A DNA stretch of 64,000 nt from Azolla caroliniana (lineage: Eukaryota; Plantae; Polypodiophyta): contig JBHGNT010000007.1 of the NCBI GenBank assembly GCA_043228905.1, positions 16,802,001 to 16,866,000 on the forward strand, written 5' to 3'. The notes beneath the pieces are model-generated. The model had not been told where the DNA came from and ran no database searches. It saw only the letters and a list, made by a program, of their open reading frames with translations. How positions within the stretch are numbered: the stretch's first letter is position 1; every line of letters begins with the position of its first letter. The translations under genes and the position numbers were made by a program. This document shows positions 19,787 to 30,822 of the stretch, one piece after another.

Positions 19787-22663
19787 ATGTCAAAAAAGAA
19801 TCCATGGAAGGCACTTAGCTTGAAGGAGGCGATGGCTTTCAACTTAGAAGAAGCTTCCACTGATGACCTCTCAGGCCTCTTACACAGATGCAGAAAGGAG
19901 AAACGCAGAGAACATGGCTTGCTTCTTCATGCCTTCTTGTGTGAACGTGGTTTGGATTCACACAAAGCTTTAGGTAATCACCTTATCTCCATGCTGGTTG
20001 AAATAACAAGTGTTTCTGATGCAAGGAAAGTTTTTGATAACCAAGTATTTAGGAATGAATGGTCGTGGTATGTGTTAATCAAAGGTTATATAGAATGTGA
20101 TATGCCACATCATGCATTTAAGCTATATAGTAGAATGATACACGATAATGTTGGTGTATCTCCTGGTGGACACACTCATGTAGCATTATTAAAGGCATGT
20201 GGTAGGTCTAAAGATATAGAAAGAGGGATTCAAATACATGTTTATATTGCAAGACAAGGTTTCCTTGAGAAAGATGCTTTCCTTGGAAGCACTTTGGTTG
20301 ATATGTATTCCAAATGTGGTTCCTTTGAAAAAGCGCGAGAAGTGTTTGGAAAGCTTAATCTCCATGTCAGAAACATTGTATCATGGAATGCAATGATGGC
20401 AGCATATGCAAAACATGGGCAGTTCAACGAAGTGATTAATTGCTTTGAAGAAATGAAGTGTCATGGTATACTTCCAGATGCCGTCACATGTGTTTGTTGC
20501 TTGAAAGCTTGTGCAACATTGCAAGATATAAAAAGAGGTCATGAAATATATGGTGAGGTTCAGCGAAGGGGATTGCTAGACATAGATGTGTTTCTTGGAA
20601 GTAGTCTAGTTTATATGTATGCCAAATGTGGGTCAATCACTGAAGCACAGCAAGTGTTTGATGGACTTCCATTAAAAAATGTAGTCACTTGGAACAGTCT
20701 TATTACAGCTCATGCCAATTGTGAAAATCATCAACAAGTGCTTAATCATTATCATAAAATGCAGCTTGAAAAGGTTTCCCCAGATGTTGTCACGTATGTT
20801 CTCTGTTTGAAGGCTTGTGGGGGCATTGATTCTTTAGAAAAACTAGAGGAAATACATGCCCATATTGTAAAAGAGGGGTTGTTTCATAGAGATACTGCTA
20901 TTTGTAACACCTTGATTGACATATATGCTAAATGTGGCTGTCTCCTTAAAGCAAAAAAAATATTTGATAGTATCCCACATCCAGATGCAACATCATGGAC
21001 TTCATTGATTGCTGGGTGTGTTCAACATAGGCAAGAGAATCTTGCCCTAGAATGTTTTGAGAAGATGCAACTATTAGGTATCTCCCCAAATGAAGCTGCA
21101 TTTAGTTGCATCTTACAAGCTTGTGGCTCTTTGGGTGCCATAGACAAGGGTGAAGAAGTACACATTGAGGTTGAACGACGAGGTCTTCTGGAACATAACC
21201 TTTTAGTCGGTAGTGCATTAATAGATATGTATGCAAAATGTGGGTTTCTTTCAAAAGCAAAAGAAGTCTTTGAGAAATATCAAATCCGAGATGTTGTCTT
21301 ATGGAACATACTAATCATGGGCTATGCTGCGCATGGGCATGGGGAAGAAGCCCTTAGATTCTTTAAGCAGATGCAAACAGAGGGATTCTTTCCGAGCTCT
21401 GTCACATTCATTTCCATTATGAAAGCATGTAGCAATGTGGGGGCGATAGATAAATGCCGATATATACATGCTGAGATTGAAGAAATAGGTTTTCTTAAAA
21501 AGGACCTTATCATTGGCAGCACCCTTATTGATATGTATGCTAAATGCAGCTTGCTTGTCAAAGCTCAAGAGGTATTTGATAAGCTTCCTGCCCAAAATGT
21601 TGTCACGTGGAATACATTGATTACAGGATATACTCAACATGGATATGGTGATATGGCTCTAAAATGCCTTGCCCTCATGAAGTCTGAAGGTATCTATCCT
21701 GATGCTTTCACATTTTCATGCTGTCTGAAAGCTTGTTGCATGATATCTACAAGTAACATGGGTGAAGCATTACATGATGAACTTAATAGAAAAGGGCTCG
21801 TGGAAAGTGACCTTGTTGTTGGAAATACATTAATAAATATGTATACTAATTCTGGCTTCCTCGGAAGTGCGCAAGAAGTGTTTGATCAACTTCCAGCTTG
21901 TGATGTGATTACTTGGAATGTGCTGATTTCTGGTTACTCTGAACATGGACATGGTGAAGAAGCACTGAGATATTTCGAACAAATGCGACTTAAGGGGCAT
22001 TGTGCAAATACTATCACCTACGCTTGCAGTTTGAGAGCTTGTGGCAACATAGGAGCATCTAGCAAAGGTCAAGAAATACATGTAGAGATTAGTAAGAAGG
22101 GCATGCTAGAAAGAGAAACCATTGGCAACAACTTGATTGATATGTATGCAAAATGCGGTTTGCTTCCTAGTGCAGAGAAAATATTTGATAGCCTTTCAGT
22201 TCAAGATGTAGCTTCGTGGAATTCACTTGTTGCAGGGTATTCCCAACTCGGACAAACCGAAAAGGTTATTGGATTCTTTAAGAGAATGGTAAGTGATGGT
22301 ATAAATCCAGACCACATCACCTTTCTTATTCTTCTCAATGCTTGCAGCCGCACGGGGCTCTTTAATATGAGTCAGACATACTTTGAGGCAATGAATGAGC
22401 ATTATGGAATCATTCCTAGTCTTAAGCATCATACTTGTGTAGTTGATCTTCTGGGTCGTGTTGGTCAGTTAGAGATGGCCATTGGTATGATTAAGAAGAT
22501 ACCATTCTATCCTAACTTGGCTGTATGGCATATGGTGTTGGATGCTTGTCGAAATGGGGGCAATCTTGAGCTTGGGAAACAAGCCTTTGAACATGCTGTG
22601 TGTTTGGATGAAAATGATGCTGGAGCTTATGTCTTAATGACTCAAATTTATTCAGGAGGGTAA
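19787..22663 (+). CDS. PLS-class pentatricopeptide repeat protein with E extension and no DYW domain (putative organellar RNA-editing specificity factor)
   Basis: Repeated P-L-S triplets (VSWNAMMAAY / TCVCCLKAC / GSTLVDMYSKCG); C-terminal HHTCVVDLLGRVG...AYVLMTQIY; uninterrupted 958-aa ORF. Confidence 0.95.
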   Translation: MSKKNPWKALSLKEAMAFNLEEASTDDLSGLLHRCRKEKRREHGLLLHAFLCERGLDSHKALGNHLISMLVEITSVSDARKVFDNQVFRNEWSWYVLIKGYIECDMPHHAFKLYSRMIHDNVGVSPGGHTHVALLKACGRSKDIERGIQIHVYIARQGFLEKDAFLGSTLVDMYSKCGSFEKAREVFGKLNLHVRNIVSWNAMMAAYAKHGQFNEVINCFEEMKCHGILPDAVTCVCCLKACATLQDIKRGHEIYGEVQRRGLLDIDVFLGSSLVYMYAKCGSITEAQQVFDGLPLKNVVTWNSLITAHANCENHQQVLNHYHKMQLEKVSPDVVTYVLCLKACGGIDSLEKLEEIHAHIVKEGLFHRDTAICNTLIDIYAKCGCLLKAKKIFDSIPHPDATSWTSLIAGCVQHRQENLALECFEKMQLLGISPNEAAFSCILQACGSLGAIDKGEEVHIEVERRGLLEHNLLVGSALIDMYAKCGFLSKAKEVFEKYQIRDVVLWNILIMGYAAHGHGEEALRFFKQMQTEGFFPSSVTFISIMKACSNVGAIDKCRYIHAEIEEIGFLKKDLIIGSTLIDMYAKCSLLVKAQEVFDKLPAQNVVTWNTLITGYTQHGYGDMALKCLALMKSEGIYPDAFTFSCCLKACCMISTSNMGEALHDELNRKGLVESDLVVGNTLINMYTNSGFLGSAQEVFDQLPACDVITWNVLISGYSEHGHGEEALRYFEQMRLKGHCANTITYACSLRACGNIGASSKGQEIHVEISKKGMLERETIGNNLIDMYAKCGLLPSAEKIFDSLSVQDVASWNSLVAGYSQLGQTEKVIGFFKRMVSDGINPDHITFLILLNACSRTGLFNMSQTYFEAMNEHYGIIPSLKHHTCVVDLLGRVGQLEMAIGMIKKIPFYPNLAVWHMVLDACRNGGNLELGKQAFEHAVCLDENDAGAYVLMTQIYSGG

Positions 22664-25608
22664 GATGCTAAAAAGGTACACTCTGAAGGCTGATAAATAT
22701 ATTGCAACTGACCTCAAGTGTAAGCCAAGCCATACGTTGGAAGCTGAAATCCCACCCCCACCCTTGCCTTGGTGTGCAGCAAATGGCTATCAATATGAGG
22801 TAACTATTGAGAACAAAAGAATCATAGTGTGAAGTAACCACTAGTTGTCATCCTATAACAAACTGATGGTGATCACGCATCAGTTTAGCTCCACTTTTTG
22901 GCTTAAAAGTTTGTTGGATTCAGAGAAGAGATGAAAGAATGCATGGAGCAATGCTGGCATGTGGTGGATATAAGACGTGGCATGATACTGTTAATGGTCC
23001 CATCCATAGGAAGTGCGTACAGTGCCATTGAGGTGCTATGCATGGGGCTCTCATAGGATGACAGAAAAAATGTAAAATATGTAACATAACTCTCTGCAAG
23101 GAGATGAACTCTAAATGGAGGTGCAAATATGCGTTTTTTGAAATTATGAGTGATACAGGCACCCCTCGAATGACAAGTGTATATACTGACTGAGGCACGT
23201 AACACAGTAATGTTACGTGTTTAATTATCAACATGGAGTTGTGGACCAAAAACAAATCAGCAATGAAAAAAGATGCATTTTTTTTGGGGGGGGAGAGGGA
23301 GAGAGAAGATGGTATAGCAATATTCAACATACGAAGAAAAGAAATGTTTTTGGAAGACCGTTTGATAGATGTTTAGGGGATGATACCACATGAACTAGAT
23401 AGATAAATTGAGTTAGTAATGTTGTACCAAGGATCAGAATGCTATATGTTGAACAATACTTTAGAACATGATTGGTCAATAGACAATGTTCAACAGTGAT
23501 TTCCAAAACACTGAGTGGACCTTTTGCTATCTTGCAAGAAGATGTCTCCATACTTGAATTGACAGATGATTGTACCAAATTGTTATTTCACGTTTTTTTC
23601 CATCTGAAACTGGAGTTTAAAAATTACTTTCAGACATTGTTCTATTGCCCTTAGCCCTAAATCATCTTGTCCAAATAATCAAAATCATGATTTCTTTTTT
23701 TATCTTCATTCATGTAATATTTAAAATACTTAAATGGAATCAATGATGATATAAATGGTATGTAGGACTCACTACATAGGGGCAATCAACAAGAGGTTAT
23801 GGAGTGTAGAATCCTCTTGAGTAGATCGAATGTTTGCTCAGCATTGCTGTCTGAGAGGGCCCTCCATGGAGTGTTGTTATTTGAGAGATCTAACTTAAAA
23901 CAAGTTCTTAGAGTTACCCGATGTGAAATTAGAAGTAACAGCACAACTCGTCGTTTAAACCTTAGTAATTACATCAGGACCAGTAGTAACTTACTTTTGG
24001 CTACTTGCTTGAAACTTCTCTGAAGATATACATGGCCTTCTAAGTCATCCATGCATTTCGAAACCAAACTTCTGAAATTTTATGTAACACTGAAACCTCT
24101 TGACATTGGCTATTTTCTACATACAACAAAGACATAGGTAGTTTGCACTCAATCTCTAGTGGCATCATTGGAGCAATGGGCACCTGCCTTTACATACTAA
24201 TAGGCATGGAAACAGGTAACCCAGTCATTAACCTACTGGTGGACATTATTTATATAGATGGCGAACAAAGGGATGTATGCCATCGGCATGTGTACTGAAT
24301 GTGTCTTTGTGAGATCGGAGACATTAAATCAAAGAAAAGTGGTATTGAGAATATGGGGTAACTCATAGTTTTTTTACATGTGAAATGTGTAAGTTGCTTC
24401 ATAATGGGTCCATAGGATTGCTAGCTTGATAAGAAGATTACGTAGCACGAATTCAAACCTACTAGAGTAATTATGGTTGCATTAAATTCCTAGTATAAAT
24501 TCAGACTCTTAAAAGTATAACATCAAGCAAGCCATTCTCACACATTCTAATAGGTTAAAGCATTGGCCTTAGGCTAGATTTGTTCTAATGAGATGACCCT
24601 GTTATCTTTGCCCACAAGAGGTCCGGAAGTTATCTAGCGGAGACTGGAAGGTCATGTGCTCAACCCCTACAAAACTCAACATCAAGTTAAAACTTTTACT
24701 TGATCATTCAATGCCAATGGAGATCACCATTGTTCTCTTTGCAAGATTGATGCGCCATCTCAAGCTCCTCTCCTTTGTGTTTGGGATGGTTGGAGTTGGT
24801 CTTCCGCGATCCATGGCTTGGTCGGTAGGAGATTGGCCTTGGAAATTGAGTATTTGGGCTGCAATAGATAGATAGATAGATAGACACTAATAGATAGATA
24901 GATATCTTTTAAACATCCACGGGGAGGCTAATTCCGATCTTTGGAGAAGTGTCTCCTTGATTGTCAAATGTTTGCCACAATTGTCACCTAGGAGAGCATC
25001 CCATGTGGGTTGGAGCCATATGCTAATAGACCTCGAGATATTTTTCATGTTCAAAGCATCATTCATAAAGCTTTTTACCAAATTCCAATATCAAGTATCA
25101 CCATTGTGACAGGTGATCTCAAGAGCCAATACACATGGTTGTGTGCCCGAATATGTCTTCATTTGCACTATGTCCTTGCTAGCAAGTGTTTCCATTGTGC
25201 TAAGGTGGTTCCTGTTCAATCTAACTTCTGCCCAAGTACCCCGCATCTTTTCCTCACATTGAATAGATTTGCGTCACTAATTTGTCGATGCCGTTAGTAT
25301 GACGGCTATCACATTTCATCACATTGTTGGTAATCTCCCTAGCCAATATACATTCTTATGTTCAAAATTTTGTCTTCACTTGCACCATGTCCTTGCTACC
25401 ATATGTTTCCATGGAATTAAACGGGCCTTTGTGGACATTAAGTTGTGCCTAAAGGGTTGGCCTTTTCTTTGTTGAAGAAACTTGGCATCTTTGATTCATC
25501 AAGGCCACGAGAGTGAGGGTAGATGGGAAATTCTTGATGTGGTGGATTAATGGGGTCTTGGGGTTGGTCATTTGATAGTCTTCCAACAAATAGGTTTTCT
25601 TCTTATAC

Positions 25609-25643
<35 letters not shown>

Positions 25644-27113
25644 CAAAAACAAGATGGGAAACAATGTAGTCTTTGGTACTAACTTCTCAAACTAGGCTTA
25701 TTAAAAGCAATAGGTTGCAATTCTACTCAGTATTAAAAGAAAACAAGAACAAGGAATGATGTGTCTCAATGAACCTTTATGTTTCTATAAGTTCGGCAAA
25801 CTCTTCCAAAATTGCCCTTTTTGTTTCCGCAAGTAAAACTCACAAAAAGTCTGACCCTTTTGACTCTTCTAAAATTGTCATGTTGTCGAGTCAGCCTTAT
25901 TACATGAGAAACAAAATATCGCTCCTTTTGGAGCTCCAAAAGGAAGACAATCACAAACAAACATGTTGCCTCTTCCATGCCTCCTAGCATTATTTTAAAG
26001 AAGCCCAACTTGTCTATTACATTTCAAAAAGTTATTTTTTTTCCAAAAAACATTTCAAAAAGTTTTAGTCCTTATATGTCTCCTTTTCTTTAAATACAAA
26101 AAGGTTTACATTTGAACTCTCTTGAAAATTGTCTCACTCTTTTAGCTTGTCAAACCCAAAAAAATTAATGTGTTCACAACTTTGCTTGCAAAGCCAAGCA
26201 CACTTGTCTCTTCAAGGTTCTTAAAGTTGCTTTGGAGAAGACAAGTTGTTTATCGAATACCCATGCACATCATTGCTTACGCCATTTTCAACTAAAATGG
26301 GCCCAACTTTAAAGATTGGTAAAAGCATTTTCTTGTCTGTTCTTTCATTCAGGTTTTTCATGATGATATTATATATACATAGCCTAAGAAGTTGATCATT
26401 TGTTTAGATGTCAAACTGAACTTCGTGTTGTACAACTCATTGTTGTAACTTGTATGTATGTAAACAGTAGCATCACAAATTAATTAGTATATTTGAGTCG
26501 AGAGACGTACGTGAATTGTACATGGTATGAAATGTACCGTCATATCAAAAAAGGGGAAAAGAAATATATCTCCACTAAGAGATATCATGTAAAAATTTAA
26601 GGCATCTAGTGATTGCATTTAACTCTCAAATGAGTGCCTCTTGGGGATCACAGGAGTTAAGCCTCATGCTCTTAGAACTTTGAAGTCACATCAACGTATA
26701 ACAATAATTGTGCTTGATAGTCCATGGGACTTCTTACTTTAGGAAACACGAAACCAATAGCATCAAAGGGAAATCACAAAAATGATTTGTTACACGTTAA
26801 GATAATGACTATGCGCTAAAAAGAAGTAACATTTATAACACGTCCCATGAAATAATAAGAGTGGCATTAGTGTTTTTCTAGGAATTCGGTGATATTTATG
26901 CTATGCGCTATTTGTTCTTGTGATCACATAGGGCCTTGAACCTAGGGCATAAGAAAGATATATTGTTGTTGTGACCAGATATGTCCTTGTCGTCATCGTC
27001 AGTTGCAAGACATAACATAGAATACACACCTATCAGTCGGTAGATGGCAATGCAAATCCAAAGATGAAAATGAAGATGTATTTGTGAGTCTAATGCAAGT
27101 GCATATTCGAGTA

Positions 27114-27816
27114 CATGTGAAGCTAGTAACAATGACCAAACTAATTTTGCACACCACCATTTACTCATTACTCATGTACTTGCGGACTCCAATCATGTGG
27201 TTTTTTTTCTCTCACCGGGATAGTTCTTGAATCTCCTCCCTAAAAAAACAAAAGAAAAAGCACCCATACATGGCAAATCTATTTATATTAGCCTACAGCC
27301 AAATCCCGAGGGATGTGACATGCTCGGCACATTGGTCACGAATCACAAGAATGGAGCGAATTAATTCCCGAGGGACACCATGTGCTTGGCGAAAATCGGT
27401 GACAAGAGATTGTCAGAGGGATTGGTCTACCGTCTGCCCCCCCCCCCCTTCTGGGTTTTTGTTTTGGGCGCGGGGAGGGGGGGAGGGGGGGGGGGGAACA
27501 AAACAAAAAAGGCCGGACGATGGGCCCAAGCATGTGAAACTAGTAACAATGACCAAACTAATTTTCACACCACCATTTGCTCATTACTCATGTACTTGAG
27601 GACTCCAATAATGTGGTTTCTTTTTTCTCTCTCACCTTGATAGTTCTTCAATCTCCTCCCCCCAAAAACAAAAGAAAAAGCACCCATACATGGCAATGTG
27701 GCATTTTTCAGGTTCTCGTATGGTGTGGATTCAATGTTTGTTTTGGGCATGGGGGGGGGGGGGGGGGGGTGGTAAACAAAACAAAACAAAAAAGGCCGGA
27801 CGATGGGCCCAAGCAT
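27114..27816. repeat. Diverged tandem duplication with poly-G tracts upstream of the first ERF gene
   Basis: 27114-27276 resembles 27531-27696; 27457-27533 resembles 27737-27816. Confidence 0.85.
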
Positions 27817-27825
27817 TGGTGTGTG

Positions 27826-28010
27826 AACGCGCGCGCATCAGCAGCGTGTGAAAAGGCCAAAACAGTGTCACAAGCCCAACGCGCTCTGCTGTTGCTTTAC
27901 TTTCTTATATGTATGTACATGGCTGGAGGAGCCATGGCCTGACACGTGGGACGCCACGTAAAGCCCACGCGCATATCTCCCCCCGCACCCCCCATGCCGA
28001 CACGTGTCCA
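27826..28010 (+). promoter_or_regulatory. Stress-type promoter cluster: CGCG boxes, G-box/ABREs, DRE core
   Basis: CACGTG 27943 and 28001, CCACGTA 27954, GCCGAC 27996, several ACGCGC motifs within 300 bp of the ATG. Confidence 0.6.
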
Positions 28011-28101
28011 CCCCACCACACCCAAAGACCTCCTCCATAGATAAACACCCCCCTCCCCACCCAACTGATAAGTTATAACTGAGAAGTTACAACTGTAATC
28101 T

Positions 28102-29550
28102 ATGCTGCCCAATGACCAATGCCCAATGACCAGTGCCCAATGCCCAATGCCTCCACCCATCATGCCCAATCCTACTACTACTACTACTACCTCCTCCTCC
28201 TCCACCTTCCGGGGCGTCCGTAAGCGGCGATGGGGCAGCTGGGTGGCCGAGATCCGGGAGCCCCGGACGCGGTCCCGCATCTGGCTCGGCTCCTACCCAT
28301 CCGCCTCGGCCGCCGCCCGTGCCTTCGACGCCGCCTCCTTCTGCCTTCGCGGCCCCTCCGCCCGCCTCAACCTCCCTCACCTCCTCCTCAACCTCCCCCT
28401 CTCTCTTCTCCCCCCGCCCACCGCCTCCTCCTCCTCCTCCTCCCGCCTCTCTCCCAACTCCATCCGGAGAGTCGCCCACGCCCACGCCACGAGCACTCTA
28501 GCCAAGCCCTGCCTAGCGCCTCCTCCACCTCCATCTCCCCATGATTCTCCTCCTGCATCATCATCAGACCTCCATACCCTAATTCCTCCTTCTCCACCCC
28601 CCCTTCATCTCCCTCTAATCCCTCCTCCCTCCTCCCACCGATTTTCTTCCGTGACATTATCCGCCGATCCTCCGCCTTCCAATGTTCGGCCTCATGAAAT
28701 TCCTCCCCGATTCGTCGCCGCCGCCCCCGCAGTTCCTTTTGAAGATCCGCCACTACATCCACTCCCCGGATCCTGCATTTCCCCTTCTGGAATGAGTAGT
28801 AGAGAATTAAGAAGGCCGAAGGAGCCTACAATGGCTAGGGTAGAGTCTGGCTATGGACCTGCAGATTCCATCCAAAATGCGAATAGTAGCGGCAGCTCGT
28901 TAAATAATCGAATTCATGGCTCGGATAGAGAGTTCTGTACACCATCGATGAGCCACGAATGGGTGGATCCCACGAAAAAATGGTCGAAACCGCAAGTCCA
29001 GAGCAGCTCACGCCTGTTGATTAATCAAGAGACTCCTGATGATCCACCGCAGAGCAGAATTAATCCATTCCGCAGCTCGCCATTAATTGATGAGCATTCC
29101 AACAATCCATCAGACGAATCCCAGCTCACGGATTCATCGGCCACTCATACATCAGAAGACAACGAAGATTCCTTGAGATTCTGTGACGCGATGAGGGCGT
29201 CCCCACAGAATCCAGGGATCCGTCCAAAGAAATCATCAACAGAAACCAGGAAATGCCGACAGACGGCCACGATCTCCGCCCGCCGTAAGCTTTCGATGGC
29301 GGACGTCCGATGCACAGGGGGCGGCGGGTCATCGGACACCACAGGATCTCGTGGCCTGCACGTGGATGACATGGCGCGCTACGATTGGCTAGCCCGTGCC
29401 AGCTTGGAGATATCCCCTAGTCCCACCTTGGAGCAGATCATGGCCGCGATGGCACCCGACTTGCCACGTCATCCGGGTCACGAGGGGTCCGCACCGTGCG
29501 ATTTTGCTGATGTGGCGCCTTCGGAATCCTTGTCATTGTGGAACTACTAG
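28102..29550 (+). CDS. AP2/ERF transcription factor, DREB subfamily (group II/III-like); exact start ATG uncertain
   Basis: [30 protein letters not shown]...ARLNLP; Pro-rich middle; C-terminal LWNY (LWSY-type motif). Confidence 0.92.
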   Translation: MLPNDQCPMTSAQCPMPPPIMPNPTTTTTTSSSSTFRGVRKRRWGSWVAEIREPRTRSRIWLGSYPSASAAARAFDAASFCLRGPSARLNLPHLLLNLPLSLLPPPTASSSSSSRLSPNSIRRVAHAHATSTLAKPCLAPPPPPSPHDSPPASSSDLHTLIPPSPPPLHLPLIPPPSSHRFSSVTLSADPPPSNVRPHEIPPRFVAAAPAVPFEDPPLHPLPGSCISPSGMSSRELRRPKEPTMARVESGYGPADSIQNANSSGSSLNNRIHGSDREFCTPSMSHEWVDPTKKWSKPQVQSSSRLLINQETPDDPPQSRINPFRSSPLIDEHSNNPSDESQLTDSSATHTSEDNEDSLRFCDAMRASPQNPGIRPKKSSTETRKCRQTATISARRKLSMADVRCTGGGGSSDTTGSRGLHVDDMARYDWLARASLEISPSPTLEQIMAAMAPDLPRHPGHEGSAPCDFADVAPSESLSLWNY

Positions 29551-30822
29551 TGACTTGGCCCCAATTGGAAGGGACCCAGACTGTCCTTCCCGGCCGGACG
29601 GCTGTCCAACCGACCGACTCGACTCGACCCAAACCGAAACCTACCGATCCCGATCCAAGCATCCGGCATTCAATCGCTTGGGAACCACTTATTATATATG
29701 TGCTAGTGATGTTATTTTGACTCCTCCGGCAAACATTTCGGGCTCGCTATCGGGATCTCTCTCATCAAGTTTTGAAATACTCCTAGGACATGATGTTCAA
29801 CGTGTGTGTGCACGCTCTTCATCGGGACGATCCGTAATCTCTCGTTGGAACCCCCTCGGAACATGGACAAAGTTGTTGGCCCAAGACATGCATATATTGA
29901 GTTATTATGCCCGAGTTAGATGGGGTTTTTAAATTCCCGAATCTTGGAACATTGTGCCGTTCGTCTTCAAGTTCGTCGAGGATCTCATCACATTTTGAAA
30001 TTGAGGAAACATGTTGCCCCATGATCTCGTGGTACTTTTTGGATATGAGCATTTTCTCGTCGCGGTTTTTCTTGTGGGAGAGTTTAGTAAAGTGAAGAGA
30101 CTTTGCAGGTATAGGGAAGATAACACCCACACCCCGTACATATTCAAGCTAATTGATCCACGAGACTTTAAAAACTTTAATTTCTCAACATAATGGAAGG
30201 CCAAATGGAATGTGATTGTTGTCAAGCACTTGCCAAATAGAATGTGATTGTTGTCGAACACTTCTAGCAAAGTTACACATCTTTATATCGATGTAATTGC
30301 AATGTTGTATGCCCTCGAATTGAGGGGCATATCCGTACGAAGTGACATACGATGAGAGAGTACAAATTAGCCTTGCCTACTAATGAATACAAAAATCAAT
30401 CAAAATTTGTTATGCATACATCTAGAAAGATATCACAACAATGTCAACACTCTACACACATCAACCAAGTTTGACTTGCAAAATATCTTAATCATGTCAT
30501 GACATTAAGGAACACAAAAGGTCCATGTTTAGATGTGGAGTTACGCTTATTTTTTCCTGTTGAATGTCAAAAAAGTATACATTTGTTTCTAATTGTTATT
30601 ACAAGTTATTTTCCTTTATGTTCTAAATGAGTACAAATTTTTTGAGTAAGGTCCACCTATAGAAAAACTATTGGTGTAAATCATATTAGTTGAAGGTTTC
30701 CATATCCCATGTGAAGATCCACACATCCTGTACTTCATAAGCATTTATAACTCTTGTCCCCCTTTTACTGGGGTTTTAGCTCAAAGAGCTAGAGCTTTAA
30801 CTTACCTTCCCCATCAACAATA

